NCBI GenBank assembly: GCA_030704615.1
Contig: CM060731.1
Location: forward strand, 7,812,001-7,876,000
Direction of reading: 5' to 3'
DNA: 64,000 bases
DNA from: Takakia lepidozioides
Lineage: Eukaryota; Plantae; Bryophyta
In this document: piece by piece, positions 1 to 12,357 of the stretch
How positions within the stretch are numbered: the first letter of the stretch is position 1
Layout of the letters: each line of letters starts with the position of its first letter
Program-made: the position numbers and the translations under genes
Notes under the pieces: generated by a model
Database searches by the model: none
Told to the model about the DNA's origin: nothing
The model's input: the letters and a program-made list of their open reading frames with translations, nothing else

Positions 1-1606
1 GCCCCGTGAGGGCGGAGGGCTGTAGAAAATTTCCTGAGAGACAGGAGGGAATGATTATGCTTTTATCTCTGATTTCAAATAGATTGTCTAGATGTAGAAT
101 TGGAGAGTGGCACTGGTGAGTCGTCTCCCGGTTTGTGCAAGTCAGGCTTGTAGTTAGTGATACAGCTGATCAATTGTCTGTATATTGATCCTGAGAATTT
201 GACTTGTACTCCAATGGTTGTACATACCGATTCTGTTTGTAAGTATTTGACAAAGTCGTGTTACTGTGGGATATGTTCCTTGACAGACTGAGAAGCTGTC
301 CAAGAGCAATTTGCCATATGTGGTGCTGGGAGCGCTCTATGTCTATCTCCTGATTTTCTGTTGGACCTCTGAAACTTTGCACTTGCTATTTGCTAGCAAA
401 TATTTCCTTCCGGCGGTAGGTACTTTGCTGTGCGCTAATGAGAGGGTGGGGATTGTACCGCACGTGAGAGAGATGTTCAAGCTTCCTAGGTGCAACTCGA
501 TGATCAATGCCTCATTCGTCAGAATGAAACCCAGCAAAGCCTGTCAGATGCTTTCAATTTTCATCTCCTGAAGAAAATGACCACTATCTAAGAAATTTCT
601 AGATGATATGTATGCGACTTCCGGGAATTGGGCTGGTGGATAGCAGCTGCGTGGAATTGCGCGCATGTTCAATAGCCCGATCTCAGTTGCCTCTGCTTGG
701 ATCCACTTGCTCGCTTCTGACTTGTTTTGTGGCAGGTAAAGCCCTGGTCCTTTTGCAACCGACTTTCAAACCATCCACAGGGATTATATGAGGGACTGGC
801 AGACAGACCGTGGTCGTGAATGTGTGCTTGCTGTGCGACAAATTTATGCCGCCCCGTTTACGTAGAACAGATGATAGATTTTAGGAAGGAGATATTTCGA
901 TAAACTATAGTCCCGACTTATTAGTATATCTGGACTGGGACTCGCACAGCTGCAGGAAAGTCTGTCTGCCGTTCCCCGAATAGATAAGTGTCAGTAAGCT
1001 GGGAGCGACCGAAGCAGTATGTAAATCGGGACTTGGGTTGGTCTCACATCGGGCATGTTTGGAGTTCATGGGACAGGCATGTGTTCCTGGATGGGCCGCA
1101 GCACAACGTGGAGACACGTCATTCACTGGTTCTGTGCCTGATGGTCTGCCCTGTTGGCATCTTCTCTCACTTGGTCACTAAGGTCTGTGTAAACTTGTAT
1201 TTGGTTTTTTTTCTTGTTTACGTGTGTGGGAGAGAGAGGGGGCGCTTTAGGAACAAAATGATATGAGATTCGGTGCACTGGCAGGCCATCACTCTTTCCT
1301 TGCGACGTGCCGCCCGGGGAATGACAACATATGTCCTCCCAGACAAACCCATCGGATCCGGATGCCTGAGATGACACTATTACTTCAGCTTTTATCATTT
1401 GCCGTCCTCCTGGCATATGTATATATATACTCTGGGTGCAAACAAGAGAAGTATTGCTCCAATGCGAAATGTAGAACTATAATGACAATCTATATCTCAA
1501 TTCATCGTTTCAATAACTCGTAATGTCCAGATCCCTTTCTGGCAAACGCCAAGAATCAGTTATGAGGCTATACCTAACACCCAGTTAGTTTTCCTGCTGG
1601 CATGTG

Positions 1607-1631
1607 GAGAGAGAGAGAGAGAGAGAGAGAG
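1607..1631. repeat. (GA)n microsatellite
   Basis: About 12 GA units read directly. Confidence 0.95.
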
Positions 1632-2199
1632 CTCACTACAGAATTCTTTGGAGGTACGATTTACTATTACCTAGAGATGATCATCAGAATGAGGTCTAAA
1701 GTCTAAAGCCACAACACTGCATCTCTTCCTCTCCATCTCCCAATTCACACATTGTACAATCATAACGATGAGGTTATGATTCCATTTCTCTTTATCATTT
1801 TACCCCTTCCATCTTGAAAACCTTCGAGTATTAAAAGTTATGACTTGCTCCATTATTTGGTCTCCCGCAGACGTCGAAAATATTGTTTTTTTCTATCTCC
1901 AGCTCCCACACAAACATGAAAGCTTTGGATCTTCTGTGTTTTCTCAGGTTAACATATTTAGTAGCAGGAGAGGAGGTTGCAGATTCGGCGAGCTTGGGGT
2001 CTCATAATTCGGATTGTGTTGAGGTTTCTAAGAGTGTATTGTGGATCTCAACCTTCCTCATCTGCTCATACGGTCTGCTTCACGACATGAAGCCTCGGAA
2101 AACTCCATTGGACAACACACCAGTCTGATTTGTTGCGAATCTGCGAGGGGTTTATCTCATCTCCACGACTAGCAGGGGAGGCTACATCTGCATTTCCTT

Positions 2200-5000
2200 C
2201 TGTGTTTTGTCCATTTTTGAGTATCTTGGCCACTGCTCGGAGGAATGGATCAAAATGAGAGCTTTCTACCTTGGACTATAGTCACATTCCAGTGCATCAT
2301 GTTCGGTGTCTTCCTCGAGCTTTTGATGGAAAAGTGATCCATGAACTCCCCCCCGTGGTCAAACTACGTACGGACCGTGGTTCACAGTCCCTCCAAGGCA
2401 TGGACCGCAAATTTGATGGTCATCCTTGGTGCAAGACCAATACCTACAATATGTCTGGTGTTCCAGATCATGTGAAATGTAGTAAGGTTCTTTGTGTTGG
2501 AAAGCTCATATGTCAAGCAGCACTTGCCCCTTCTTCAAGAAAGAAGGAGAACGGAATGACCGCTATTGGGAAGGCAATGCAGACAAGGTGTTCATTGTAG
2601 GAGCCCAAGTTCCATTCAACCAGTTCAAGTGTAGTTTCTGCAAGAAAGACCTTCTGTGAGGCGCATTGTGGGCAAGAATGTACTATGTCACAAGTTCCCT
2701 TCCAACATATACCGTGTTGCAGTTCACGTTGGGTTTCATAACCATCATGTGCCAAGGGCGAGAATAGAGAGGCTGCGGAAAATGCATCAAGCATGATTCA
2801 AGAGCACGTTAAGATGAAGCCATGAGTCGACCCGGGAGCTATTTCCTTGTCATGGCTCAAAAGCTCTTGATTGATCGAGTTCTTGTGGCTGATGGCACAG
2901 AGACAGTTCGCCTTGAGGGAGAGGCTTTGGAAGATATTCTTGAAGAGTTTGCCCATGTTTGTAGTCCCAATGTGAAAAATAAGGTCGCATCTGCACGTGT
3001 CAATTCCATCATGTCCATATTGGAGTTGAAGCGTCTGAGTACATACCATTTCATTCACAGCAATCTCCTTCCAGGCCAGCATACTTCTCATCTCCCCATG
3101 TTTTCAAGATGTCTGTTGCTGGTCCCGGGAGTGGTGTTGATCTTGTGCGTCGCATGAGTGAGGGGGATCTACGCACAAGTGGGTAGTATTTGACCATGTC
3201 AAACGCATCAAGGATTGGACAACTCTTGCGTGTCATGTCTATGAACCATATGTCAAGCGAATGATGACCATTGCCATTTGCGATATGAAAACAGAGGATG
3301 CAGATGCTCAGGTGTTATTTTGGGAGATGATCAATGAACAAGCAAACTTGCTGGCTTGAACAAACCAAATTTTGCTGGCTTCATGGCGGATGCAGTAGGA
3401 GCGAATTGGGCTGAAAGAACATGTTTATATCATTGGGCTGAGAGCCTCCGAAGACACACCAACGACTATATCTTGGAGGACTTCCGTGAAAGGCACACTC
3501 AGCTCTATTATGAATGGAAAGATAGTGCTACCTTGGAGGATGCTACAACCACATACATTGCAATTCGGGCTTGGTGGCTCTCTTCAGAGCATGCACAGAA
3601 AAGAGTCTGCCAAAACTGATTCATGGCTTGCATGGTGGCACTACAGATATCGAATGTGGGCCAATGGATAAGAGAGGACATGGATGTGGAGGCAGATGCA
3701 GATATGCCTACACTAATTTGTCTGAGGCAGTCCATTCTGCTTGGTGGAAGACCAGGCAATGGAAAAAAATGAAGGTGGATCTATATGAGGCCACCATGCA
3801 TGACATGTCACGAGCTCTTTTGCAGCAGGCAACATTTTACAGGCACACCACAGGAAAGACATGGGGGACGGGCCCGACAAAGAGGAGCTCATGTTGCGTC
3901 AAGCAGCTAGATCTAATAGCCCAGCAAAAATGGGTAAGGTTGTACGTGGCATAGTAGCTGGAACACCCATGCACACAAGGGGGGTTCAATTGGAGGGAGC
4001 AATTGCACTATTCCAGTCAAACGCAAGTTAGGCGATGAGCATGTGGGCCAAACGAATCTTGGAGGTGTGATATGAATGTAAAGACTGTTCCAGTGCGCGC
4101 CACTGGGATGCCCAGTCCACACCAGCCATCTAGGTTTGTCAGCTCCAAATCAAGTCATGACATTCCTGGTTCTTCGACTTTCTATGAGACAAATCCACAT
4201 GTTGCTATCCCTCCTCAGCCAATGCAATGGGGAAATCCAGTGAGAGAGACACAAGACTTTTCCGATGCATTGTTCAGGATTCAGCGGACAGGTCCTGCTT
4301 CCATGGTTCGTTGTTCTGCCTTTGTTGGAGTTTCCAAAGATAAATGCAAAGCGCTCATCAGGAAAGGTAAAGGAAGTCCTGCACCTTGCTTCACTGGCAA
4401 GTTACTAGCACCGAATGAAAGAACCAAACTGCAAGTTTTTTGGTTTTGCCCACAGATGTTTTGTCGTGTGTTGGAGGGACCGTGCCATCCTATTGCTTGG
4501 GAAAACCGGGTATACCTAATGTGTGGCCTGTGAAGGTTGGAACCAACCTTACACAAGAAGAGGTGGACAAATTGACCCTTGCAGGTTTTTGACTAGTCCA
4601 TCCTCCCAACGTTCCTGATCCGAACTTTCCTGTGGGACCACTTCCAGTGGAACAACATATTCATCAAGGTGTTGTCCTTCCTGTGGGTAGTATCCCACTA
4701 CACGCTATGGGGTGCGCATTCGGCGTCGGGATCCGACTCCTTGACATTGAGTCGCCAAGAGTCAGCGGAGACTCTTATTGCTGAGGTTCGTGGATTCAGA
4801 AACGTGCCTCAGCCAGGTTATGGGAATTTACCGCTACAAACAGAGGGATCTACCAGAGCAGATTGGTTTACAATGTATACATTGGTCAGTTTCCATCTTG
4901 TGATTGTCCCGACTTTGATGAGCTATCTGTCAAGAAGAAAAAACAAACATATCTACCTTGTAAGCACATGGACTTCATGTACAACGTGCATCTAGGATGC
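2200..5000 (+). pseudogene. Frameshifted MULE-type DDE transposase with C-terminal SWIM zinc finger
   Basis: Manual translation across frameshifts gives FDHVKRIKDWTTLACHVYEP...CDMKTED...PNFAGFMADAVGANW...ERTCLYHW (CxxH motif typical of Mutator transposases). CDCPDF...LPCKH (SWIM) lies at ~4899-4967. Boundaries are approximate. Confidence 0.65.
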
Positions 5001-5174
5001 GCCGGGCTTATGAGATCCACCAACCTTCCCTTAGCCAGTTAGAGGTTAGGGCTATGCTAAAGAAGGACCCTAGTTCAACTTCTTAGTGACACATGAAATG
5101 CACAAAAAAAGAACCTCCAACTTGTGCCGCTCATTTTCATGCATGTGACATGTAATTATCTTGTTACTACTTTA

Positions 5175-5400
5175 TTCCAAACATGACACATAGCATTTGT
5201 TAGTACAGAAGTTCCTATTTTGGTTAAAATGGAACTTGTGTACCTGTCATACAAGTTTTCAAATTATAGAACTGCTTGGCATTACAAACAGACATACAAT
5301 GTGGTGGTTCCAAACATGACACATATGCATTTGTTAGTACAAAAGTCCATATTTTGGTGAAAATGAAACTGTTTTCCTTGAATACAAGTTTGCAAACTAT
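5175..5400. repeat. Imperfect ~130-bp-period subterminal duplication in the MULE
   Basis: ttccaaacatgacacat..gcatttgttagtaca.aagt.c.attttggt.aaaatg occurs at ~5176 and ~5308. Confidence 0.75.
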
Positions 5401-5699
5401 TACTTTGGCCAGGGATCTTGTATTCTCTTCAGTTTAAGGTGGTGCATTAGTTGGAGTTAGTGGTCACATGCATCTTTCACCATTGACTACTGATTTTGTT
5501 AGCTAAGATTTTTATCTTATTTTTTTCTATATACATATGATGTAACATTTGCATATGCAATAAATACGTCGTATTCTATGTTATATAACTCCACTGCATA
5601 CAATCTACAATGTGTGCATACAAATTTGTCACATGCATATATAATAAGGGATTTTGTGCATGCATGCACGCAACCTGTGCATATGGAATAGCAACCCCC

Positions 5700-6997
5700 G
5701 TATTATGGGGTAACATATCCACTTTCTTCTGCAACTCTGGTCTTAGTCCACTCACAAACCAAGTCTTCTGTAAACCTGGTGCTGGTACAGCAACTAGCTT
5801 TTTCATCATCAATTCCATCTTTTCCATATACTCCTCAACAGTTTCATGCTTCATTTGCTTTAACTGTTGTAAACTTCCATACACTTCATCCTCAGTTTTA
5901 CTTGTCCTGAACCTATTTCGGAATGCTGTATTCAAGCCATTCCAGGTTAGGAAATGATTATCAGGGAATCTTGCATACCATTCACTTGCTCTCTTAATAA
6001 GTGAACAAGGAAACAATCTCATCTTGGCATCATCGCCATTCTCATTGTTCACTATACACATGTGCTCAAATTGGCTAATGTGTACATCGGGATCCCATTT
6101 TCCTGAATATATTGGAAAAGGTGGTTTTGCCCGTGTTGGTTGTAACGCCATCTGTGGCCCTACCTTCTGCCCACTGACAGGTGCTGGCACCCTTGCTGGT
6201 GTTGGTCCTTCAGGACCTGTTGTTGTTGTGGTGGATCTTCCACCAAGTGGTGGCCCTTGAGCAGTCCCTGCTACTGGCCCCACGATATTCACAGTATTCC
6301 CAGCTCCAGTTGCACTACTTCCCACACTCCCTGTCCCCCCAGAGCCTGATCCAGGTAGCCCGCCTGATCCCCCTGAGCCGACACCTTCGTTGGCCTGTGA
6401 TCCAAGTGCTCCACTTGATCCAGGTCCAACGGGTTGGGATGTCCTGGTTGTAGTCTCAACCTCAGCTGTTGGGTCTACTTCTTCATACTCTTCCTCTTCC
6501 AATTTCTTCTCTCTATTTTCATCCTCCAAGTTCTGCCCTTGGGTTTCTTCTTCACTCATGTAACTCAATTGCAATGGTGTTGGAGAGTCTGAACTCTCCG
6601 TTGGCTCTGCCACATCCTCTCCTCCTTCTTCACCTTCCGCTTAAGAAACTGGAGTTCCTGCTTTTGGAGTTCCTGCTTTTGGAGTTCCATGCCAACTCTT
6701 ATCAAAGATTTCTGTCAAATCTTTTATCCAGGGATGTACTTCAGATCTTTCACCTCGTGATTGATCTTCATCCCGTACCAATTCCCTTAATCTTTCTTGC
6801 AAAGAAAAAGAAGGAGTGGCATCCAACTCTAGTTCTTCCGGTATGGGTGATGTACTCTCCGATCTTAATGGTGTGAGAGGTCCAGATGATTCCCCTATGT
6901 CTATTCCTCTCTCCCAAAGATATGGATAATTAGCTTTCAGATAGCTGTCTCTTTTTGCGGAATATCTCTGGCGTCTAGCTTCTCTTTCATCACTCAT
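5700..6997 (-). pseudogene. Family A gag N-terminus with premature stop, truncated
   Basis: ORFs 6641-6997 and 5576-6613 are in one frame split by a TAA. Retrotransposon gag motif FPIYSGKWDPDVHISQFE...LFPCSL...ASEWY. Confidence 0.85.
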
Positions 6998-7018
6998 GTC
7001 CCCTGTCTTTCATTTCTT

Positions 7019-7714
7019 TTAATGTGGCAATAACCAAAACTCTCTTCTGTAATATCTCTCGTATATGCCTGGGTTTCTTTCAAGCTTCAATGCACCCTTG
7101 GCTATACTAGAAGTCTCCGTTACCATATAACCATATGGCAAACAAGTCTGGAAAGTTGTTCTTGGTGTGAGTTTGATCCACAAAATATCCTTTGGAATCC
7201 AATTCTTTACTAGTACAAGCTCTTCATGCATATGAGTAAAAACATTCACCTTTCTTTCCTCCCAGCCTTCAAACTCTACTCGCTTAATGGATAGCAATGC
7301 TATCACATAAACCAGTGTTGGTAACCAACGTGCTCTTCCTCTACAGGCCACCTGATAAATCTTTATCACTCCTTTCTCCAGACCCCATTCAGGGTCAGCA
7401 TCATGCACTCTCTTAAGAATGTTTTCTTTACAACCGTCTGGCAATTCCAAGAACCTCTGAAAGAATCGTTTGGACAATCTTTCCTTCTCAGTTTCACAAG
7501 GAATTTGATTCACATCAAATTCTTTAATTCTCCAACCACCATGATCCCACCAGATGCCTGTCACATCTGGTTGTTCATGACCCAGTTCCCCGGTATGGTC
7601 GCCAAATGTCACGCGGCTTTTACTCACCCATCCCTTCGCTATCCGAGGCGGGAACTCCAAGATAGAAGAGTTGGAAATCTCTAAGCACTCAGCCCGCTCA
7701 GAACAATCAGTCAT
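7019..7714 (-). CDS. Family A ORF0, 231 aa, unknown function
   Basis: Same length as and highly similar to 26696-27391. Confidence 0.7.
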   Translation of the reverse strand: MTDCSERAECLEISNSSILEFPPRIAKGWVSKSRVTFGDHTGELGHEQPDVTGIWWDHGGWRIKEFDVNQIPCETEKERLSKRFFQRFLELPDGCKENILKRVHDADPEWGLEKGVIKIYQVACRGRARWLPTLVYVIALLSIKRVEFEGWEERKVNVFTHMHEELVLVKNWIPKDILWIKLTPRTTFQTCLPYGYMVTETSSIAKGALKLERNPGIYERYYRREFWLLPH

Positions 7715-8599
7715 GACCTACAGCTAGTGTATCATGGGGGTGTTTCCTATTTGTTTTCCTTCCCGCATTCATGTTAGCTAGTTACCTTACTGTTGGTATT
7801 TAAGTATCAGATTGCTTCAGCAATCTATCGGATTCCATCAACTCATCCATTCATTCCACAGCTTCACTCAGATCTCTGTACACAGTGTGAGTATGAAGTA
7901 TGTATCAGATTAATATCTATCAAGTATCAGGCTGAAGCCATGGAGTCTCTAATCTGCTCTACATTACAACTCTATAGCTTGCATTCATCAAGCATCAACA
8001 GATCGTTCTCCTCCTTCTTTGTGCTCTCCCTCTTTCTGCTCAGAGATGCGCTCTCTGCTTCATTTCCCCCCAGTGATGTCCGAAGTCCCCCCAAGAAGTG
8101 ATCCTTTTCCAGTCCTCGCTCCTGGCTTTATCTTCCTACCCGTTGTTCTAACCGTTTCCCTCACTAATTGTCATCCGTGAACTAACATGTTCCATTCGCA
8201 GATGTTGTTCCCCACAGTCGTTCCCTGTCCTGCTATCCGTTCCCTATGGTCGTGATAGCTGTGTCAAGCTGTGACTGGTTGTGTGAAACTGTGACTGGCT
8301 GTGCGACTGTGTTAGGCTGTGTCGGGCTGTGTCGAGCTGTGACTGGCTGTGACGGCTGTGTCTGGCTGTGGCGGGCTGTGTCGGACTGTGACGGGCTGTG
8401 TTTGGCTGTGACGGCTGTGTCGGCTGTGTCGGACTGTGACGGGCTATGTTGGACTGTGACTGGCTGTGACGGCTGTGAATCTCCCCCTAAAGTGCGCTGC
8501 TGTCACCCCTAAGGCTCCTGTTGGTCTTAGTCTGTGCAAAAATTAAGGGTACCCCACAGATCCCGTAAAAGTGCCTAAGTCCCAGACAGTCCTCTAACA
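7607..8599 (-). repeat. Family A 5' LTR
   Basis: TG...CA ends, homology to the other family A LTRs, internal CACAGCC-type array at ~8258-8477. Confidence 0.92.
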
Positions 8600-10178
8600 G
8601 GAATTACCAGCCAGGGAATCAGGATTACATAAACGATTCCAGAACAGACCAAGGGCGAGGACCTAATGGGGAAGAACTGTGTTACTATTGTTATCAAGCA
8701 GGCCATCGCAAGGCAGCCTGTCCAATCTGGATCAGACACAAGAATGAGATGAGAGCTCCTGTGAATGAGGGGCCAGTGGTGGCAGCTCACATGGTTAGGC
8801 CATGTGTTGTACCAGAAGTAAGTACAATGATAGTAACGAGAAGCAAAGCCAAACTAATACCTCCAGTAGATGAGGAAGATGATAATAATGAAGATGGCAG
8901 TGATGTGCCTGAAGATGATGAGGCTTGGAGAGATGAGAAGGAACTGCACAAGGAAGTGGCAGATACCATAAGGGAAATGCAGAAGAGTACTGATATTCCT
9001 ATGGCAGATTCCTCTGATTCTGAAAGAGAAGAGGAAGTGAGTGAGGATGAAGGGAAGAAAGAAGTTGCAGACATGCAGAGTAATGAAGGGACTTTGGCTG
9101 AAGTAATATGCCAGTTCAAAGCGGAGATTACCATTGGACAGCTATTGGCTGTGGCACCTTATTGTAGACACAGGCTGTATCAAGTAATCAATCGAATTGC
9201 CCATGTGACAGGGAACACAGACCTGAACAACAAGGTGACCAGTTATAATGTGAAGCCGGAAGGGCGAGAAACAGTCATGGACTTTGATGATTCTATACAA
9301 GTAATCCAATTGAGAATTGGAAGCATAGAACTAACTGATGTACTGATAGATGGAGGCTCTGGAGTGAATATCATGACAGACCAATTAAGGCAGAAGTTTG
9401 GTCTAAGTATCATGAAACCAGCCCCGTTTACAGTAACAATGGCAGATCAAAGAAGTGTACAGCCATTGGGATTGATAAGAGGAGTTAAGATACAGATTCA
9501 AAAGATGATCTTTATGATCACAGTAACTGTATTGAAAATGGATGAAGTCATGGAAGCTTACTCCTTATTGTTGGGACGTCCATGGCTGAAACAGGTCAGG
9601 GTATTCCATGACTGGAATTCCCAGTTACTAACTGTGCATAATGGGATGCACAAGATACAAATTACCACTAAAATCTAGTAGATTACCTGCTACGAGAAGA
9701 CCTCGAGGGGTCAGGGAGTATGACTGGAGGGGAGGACTGGATGAGGAGCAGGAAGCTACCCTGTTCGCTGCACACCCAAAGTGGGAACAGGTTGCAGAGA
9801 TGCAGTTGGAAGGCCTAAGTTGTTTAAAAGGTATCTGTTGTGGTGTGGTGACAGCAACACCAATTGAAGGTGAAACAAGCAGTTACCCACCACATTTCTA
9901 TGAAGAAAGAGAAGGAGAAATGGAAATCCTAGAGGAACCAGCCACTGTGAGTTTATAGGATGAAGTGGTGACTGGTTGGACAATCACAGCTGATGAGCAG
10001 GTGAGAGAAGTGAATGTGGGAACTGAAGAGGAACCAAGGATGGTGAAGGTAGGGGCTGATTTGGAGCCAGAATTCTTTGAGGAAGCTAAGAGTTTGTTCA
10101 TCAAATACAGAGATGTATTTGCTTGGAGTTACGAGGATCTAAAAGGGATAGCACCTGAGATCTGTCAGCATAAGATTG
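8600..10178 (+). pseudogene. Family A internal fragment (gag C-terminus, aspartic protease, start of RT region)
   Basis: Homologous to ~29222-30803; protease motif VLIDGGSGVN. Bounded on both sides by family A LTR insertions. Confidence 0.88.
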
Positions 10179-10502
10179 TGTCGCACGGCTTGTACTCACC
10201 CATCCCTTCGCTATCCGAGGTGGGAACTCCAAGATAGAAGAGTTGGAAATCTCTAAGCACTCAGCCCGCTCAGAACAATCAGTCATGACCTACAACCAGT
10301 GTATCATGGGGGTGTTTCCTATTTGTATTCCTTCCCGTATTCATGTTAGCTAGTTACCTTACTGTTGGTATTTAAGTATCAGATTGCTTCAGCAATCTAT
10401 CGGATTCCATCAACTCATCCATTCATTCCACAGCTTCACTCAGATCTCTCTACACAGTGTGAGTATGAAGTATGAATCAGATTAATATCTATCAAGTATC
10501 AG

Positions 10503-11225
10503 TGTCGCGGCCCTTTGCCTTGAGGGCAGGGGGTCGGGACACATGAGGGGCTGCCCCTGTGGTGGGGGCAGCGGCAGCGATAGGTATGGGGGGCTGAAGC
10601 ACCCTTGAGTGCCCAAGGCACTCAAGGAGGCGGAGGCGCTCACTAGGTGGAGCCCCGCACACCGGGTTGCGGTGGAGGTGGCTCCACAAGGGGTGGTGGT
10701 AGCTTAGTGGGACTTAGTGGGGTGGCATAGGACTCACCATGGGGTGGAGACCTCGAGGTGGGAGTCGTGGGGAGTCTTGGGACTCATCACGGTCCATTGG
10801 GGCCGCGGTGAGTGGGCCAAGACTCACCGCGACTCACCACCGGGAGTCGAGGGTTTTCGTGGTGGTTCGCCATAAAATGGCATGGCTGGTTATGAAACCC
10901 CCGCGGACAGCTACAGAAGTATATATAGGGAGTAGTAACCCCGAGAACGGTGCAAGCCCGTTGGTGACCAAAAACTAGTGAGTAAGCGAGCGAGCCGGAA
11001 AGCGACCAAAGAGTGGGGAGCTGTTCCGGACTGCCATCTACCAAAGGGAATTCTCCTAGTCCCAAATAGGTGGAGGGTTTAGAGGGAAGCGGAAGGGGAC
11101 CGTTATGTCCCGGTGAGCAGCCGAAACTCCAAGTTGGCCCGGCGGCCAGGTTGGGAGTCAGGCGCGCGCATCAAAGCGAGTAACTATGACTTGAAGGGGA
11201 GTTTACCGAACTGAGGTGTGCGACA
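10503..11225 (+). repeat. Element B 5' LTR
   Basis: Direct repeat of 16746-17468 with no difference spotted by eye; TATATATA at ~10920. Confidence 0.97.
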
Positions 11226-11227
11226 CT

Positions 11228-11239
11228 TGGTATCAGAGC
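11228..11239 (+). promoter_or_regulatory. Primer-binding site, initiator tRNA-Met type
   Basis: TGGTATCAGAGC 2 nt after the LTR end. Confidence 0.95.
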
Positions 11240-11280
11240 TTAGAGTTCAGTACGCGATCGTCCTTGGGATTGGCCTCATC

Positions 11281-12357
11281 ATGGGGTCGGGCAAGCCGAA
11301 GCGAAAGCGGAACGGCCCAAAAGATGATGATCCCGGTGAGCCCGATGGGGGCGACGTGTCACCGAGGCGGCCGTTTGAGGAAGCGATTAATGTTTCCGAA
11401 AACGAGGCCGCTCAGGAGCGGGAGGAATCCGAGGAGTCGGAGCCCGAGGAATCTTTGAGAGCTCCGACAAACCAAGAGATGCCTCCCATGCCGGCAGCCT
11501 TTTGGGAAGGGTTGTTGGCGCAGTTTGGCGGGACGTTAAAAGACGTGTTGAAGGCGGCTAATGCCACTTCCACCAAGGCAAAGTTTAAGGTGAAGCCTAA
11601 GGAACCCGGCACCTTCGAGGGCGTTCGAAACCGGAAGGCACTCAACACCTGGCTCCTGGAGCTAGAGCAGTACTTCCGGGCGGCCAAGTTGAGTGACGAG
11701 GATCGGGTGGAAGTGGCTCCCACCTATTTGAGGGGCTATGCTCAACAATGGTGGCAGAAACGCCTTCACGACCGAGGCCCAAGCCCGGAAACCTTGAACT
11801 GGAGTGAGTTCAAGGAATTGATGAAGAGACAGTTTGTGCCCCTCAACGCATCCTGGCTTGCCCGGGACAAGATGAGGAATTTGAAGCAAACAGATGACAT
11901 TCGGGGGTATGTCCAGGCTTTCAATGTGCTGTTGCTCGAAGTCGCGGACATGGCAGAACCAGAAATGGTCTTCAACTTTGTGGCGGGACTGGCCCCATGG
12001 GCTAGGCGGAAGTTGGAGGAGAAGCCACCCAAGACTTTGAACGAGGCAATTGAGAGAGCTGAATGTTTCTCGGATGTCCCTAGGGGTGAGAGACAAGGCC
12101 GTACGGAGCTGAACCACAAGAAGACCCGGCGGGAAGGTGACTCCTCCCGACCGGAAAAGAAGTGGGATAGGCCACGCGGCGAAAATGGCACGTGGAAATC
12201 GAAGGGAGGTCCTTCACACGTCAAGGCGGCACCCGGTGCTTCGAAAGGAAAAGCGGAGCGACTTATGGCGGACAGAAGGCGACCTTTGATGGAGTGTGTT
12301 TCAATTGCGGGGAGCCCGGGCACATGGCCAAGAAGTGCACGAAGCCCCGGCAATTGA
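11281..12357 (+). CDS. gag: Element B Gag (capsid domain)
   Basis: [24 protein letters not shown]...[10 protein letters not shown]...[14 protein letters not shown]. First ATG at 11281. Confidence 0.88.
   Translation: MGSGKPKRKRNGPKDDDPGEPDGGDVSPRRPFEEAINVSENEAAQEREESEESEPEESLRAPTNQEMPPMPAAFWEGLLAQFGGTLKDVLKAANATSTKAKFKVKPKEPGTFEGVRNRKALNTWLLELEQYFRAAKLSDEDRVEVAPTYLRGYAQQWWQKRLHDRGPSPETLNWSEFKELMKRQFVPLNASWLARDKMRNLKQTDDIRGYVQAFNVLLLEVADMAEPEMVFNFVAGLAPWARRKLEEKPPKTLNEAIERAECFSDVPRGERQGRTELNHKKTRREGDSSRPEKKWDRPRGENGTWKSKGGPSHVKAAPGASKGKAERLMADRRRPLMECVSIAGSPGTWPRSARSPGN

Larger units (their letters stand above)
1..5699 (+). mobile_element. Mutator-like (MULE) DNA transposon, right part; right terminus at 5699, inserted into gag of a family A element
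   Basis: Contains a decayed transposase. Family A gag homology stops abruptly at 5700. The terminus reads GGGGGTTGCTATTCCAT on the minus strand. The left end is not in the window. Confidence 0.65.
5700..8599 (-). mobile_element. Family A Ty3/Gypsy, 5' part (LTR, PBS, ORF0, gag N-terminus), cut by the MULE
   Basis: Reverse-complement match to 25835-28690. LTR 7607-8599 (TGTTAG...GACA) and PBS 7587-7604. Confidence 0.92.

Noticed and set aside
170-1523. Short ORFs at the window start as a gene
   Set aside because: No recognisable motif and no consistent frame or splice model.
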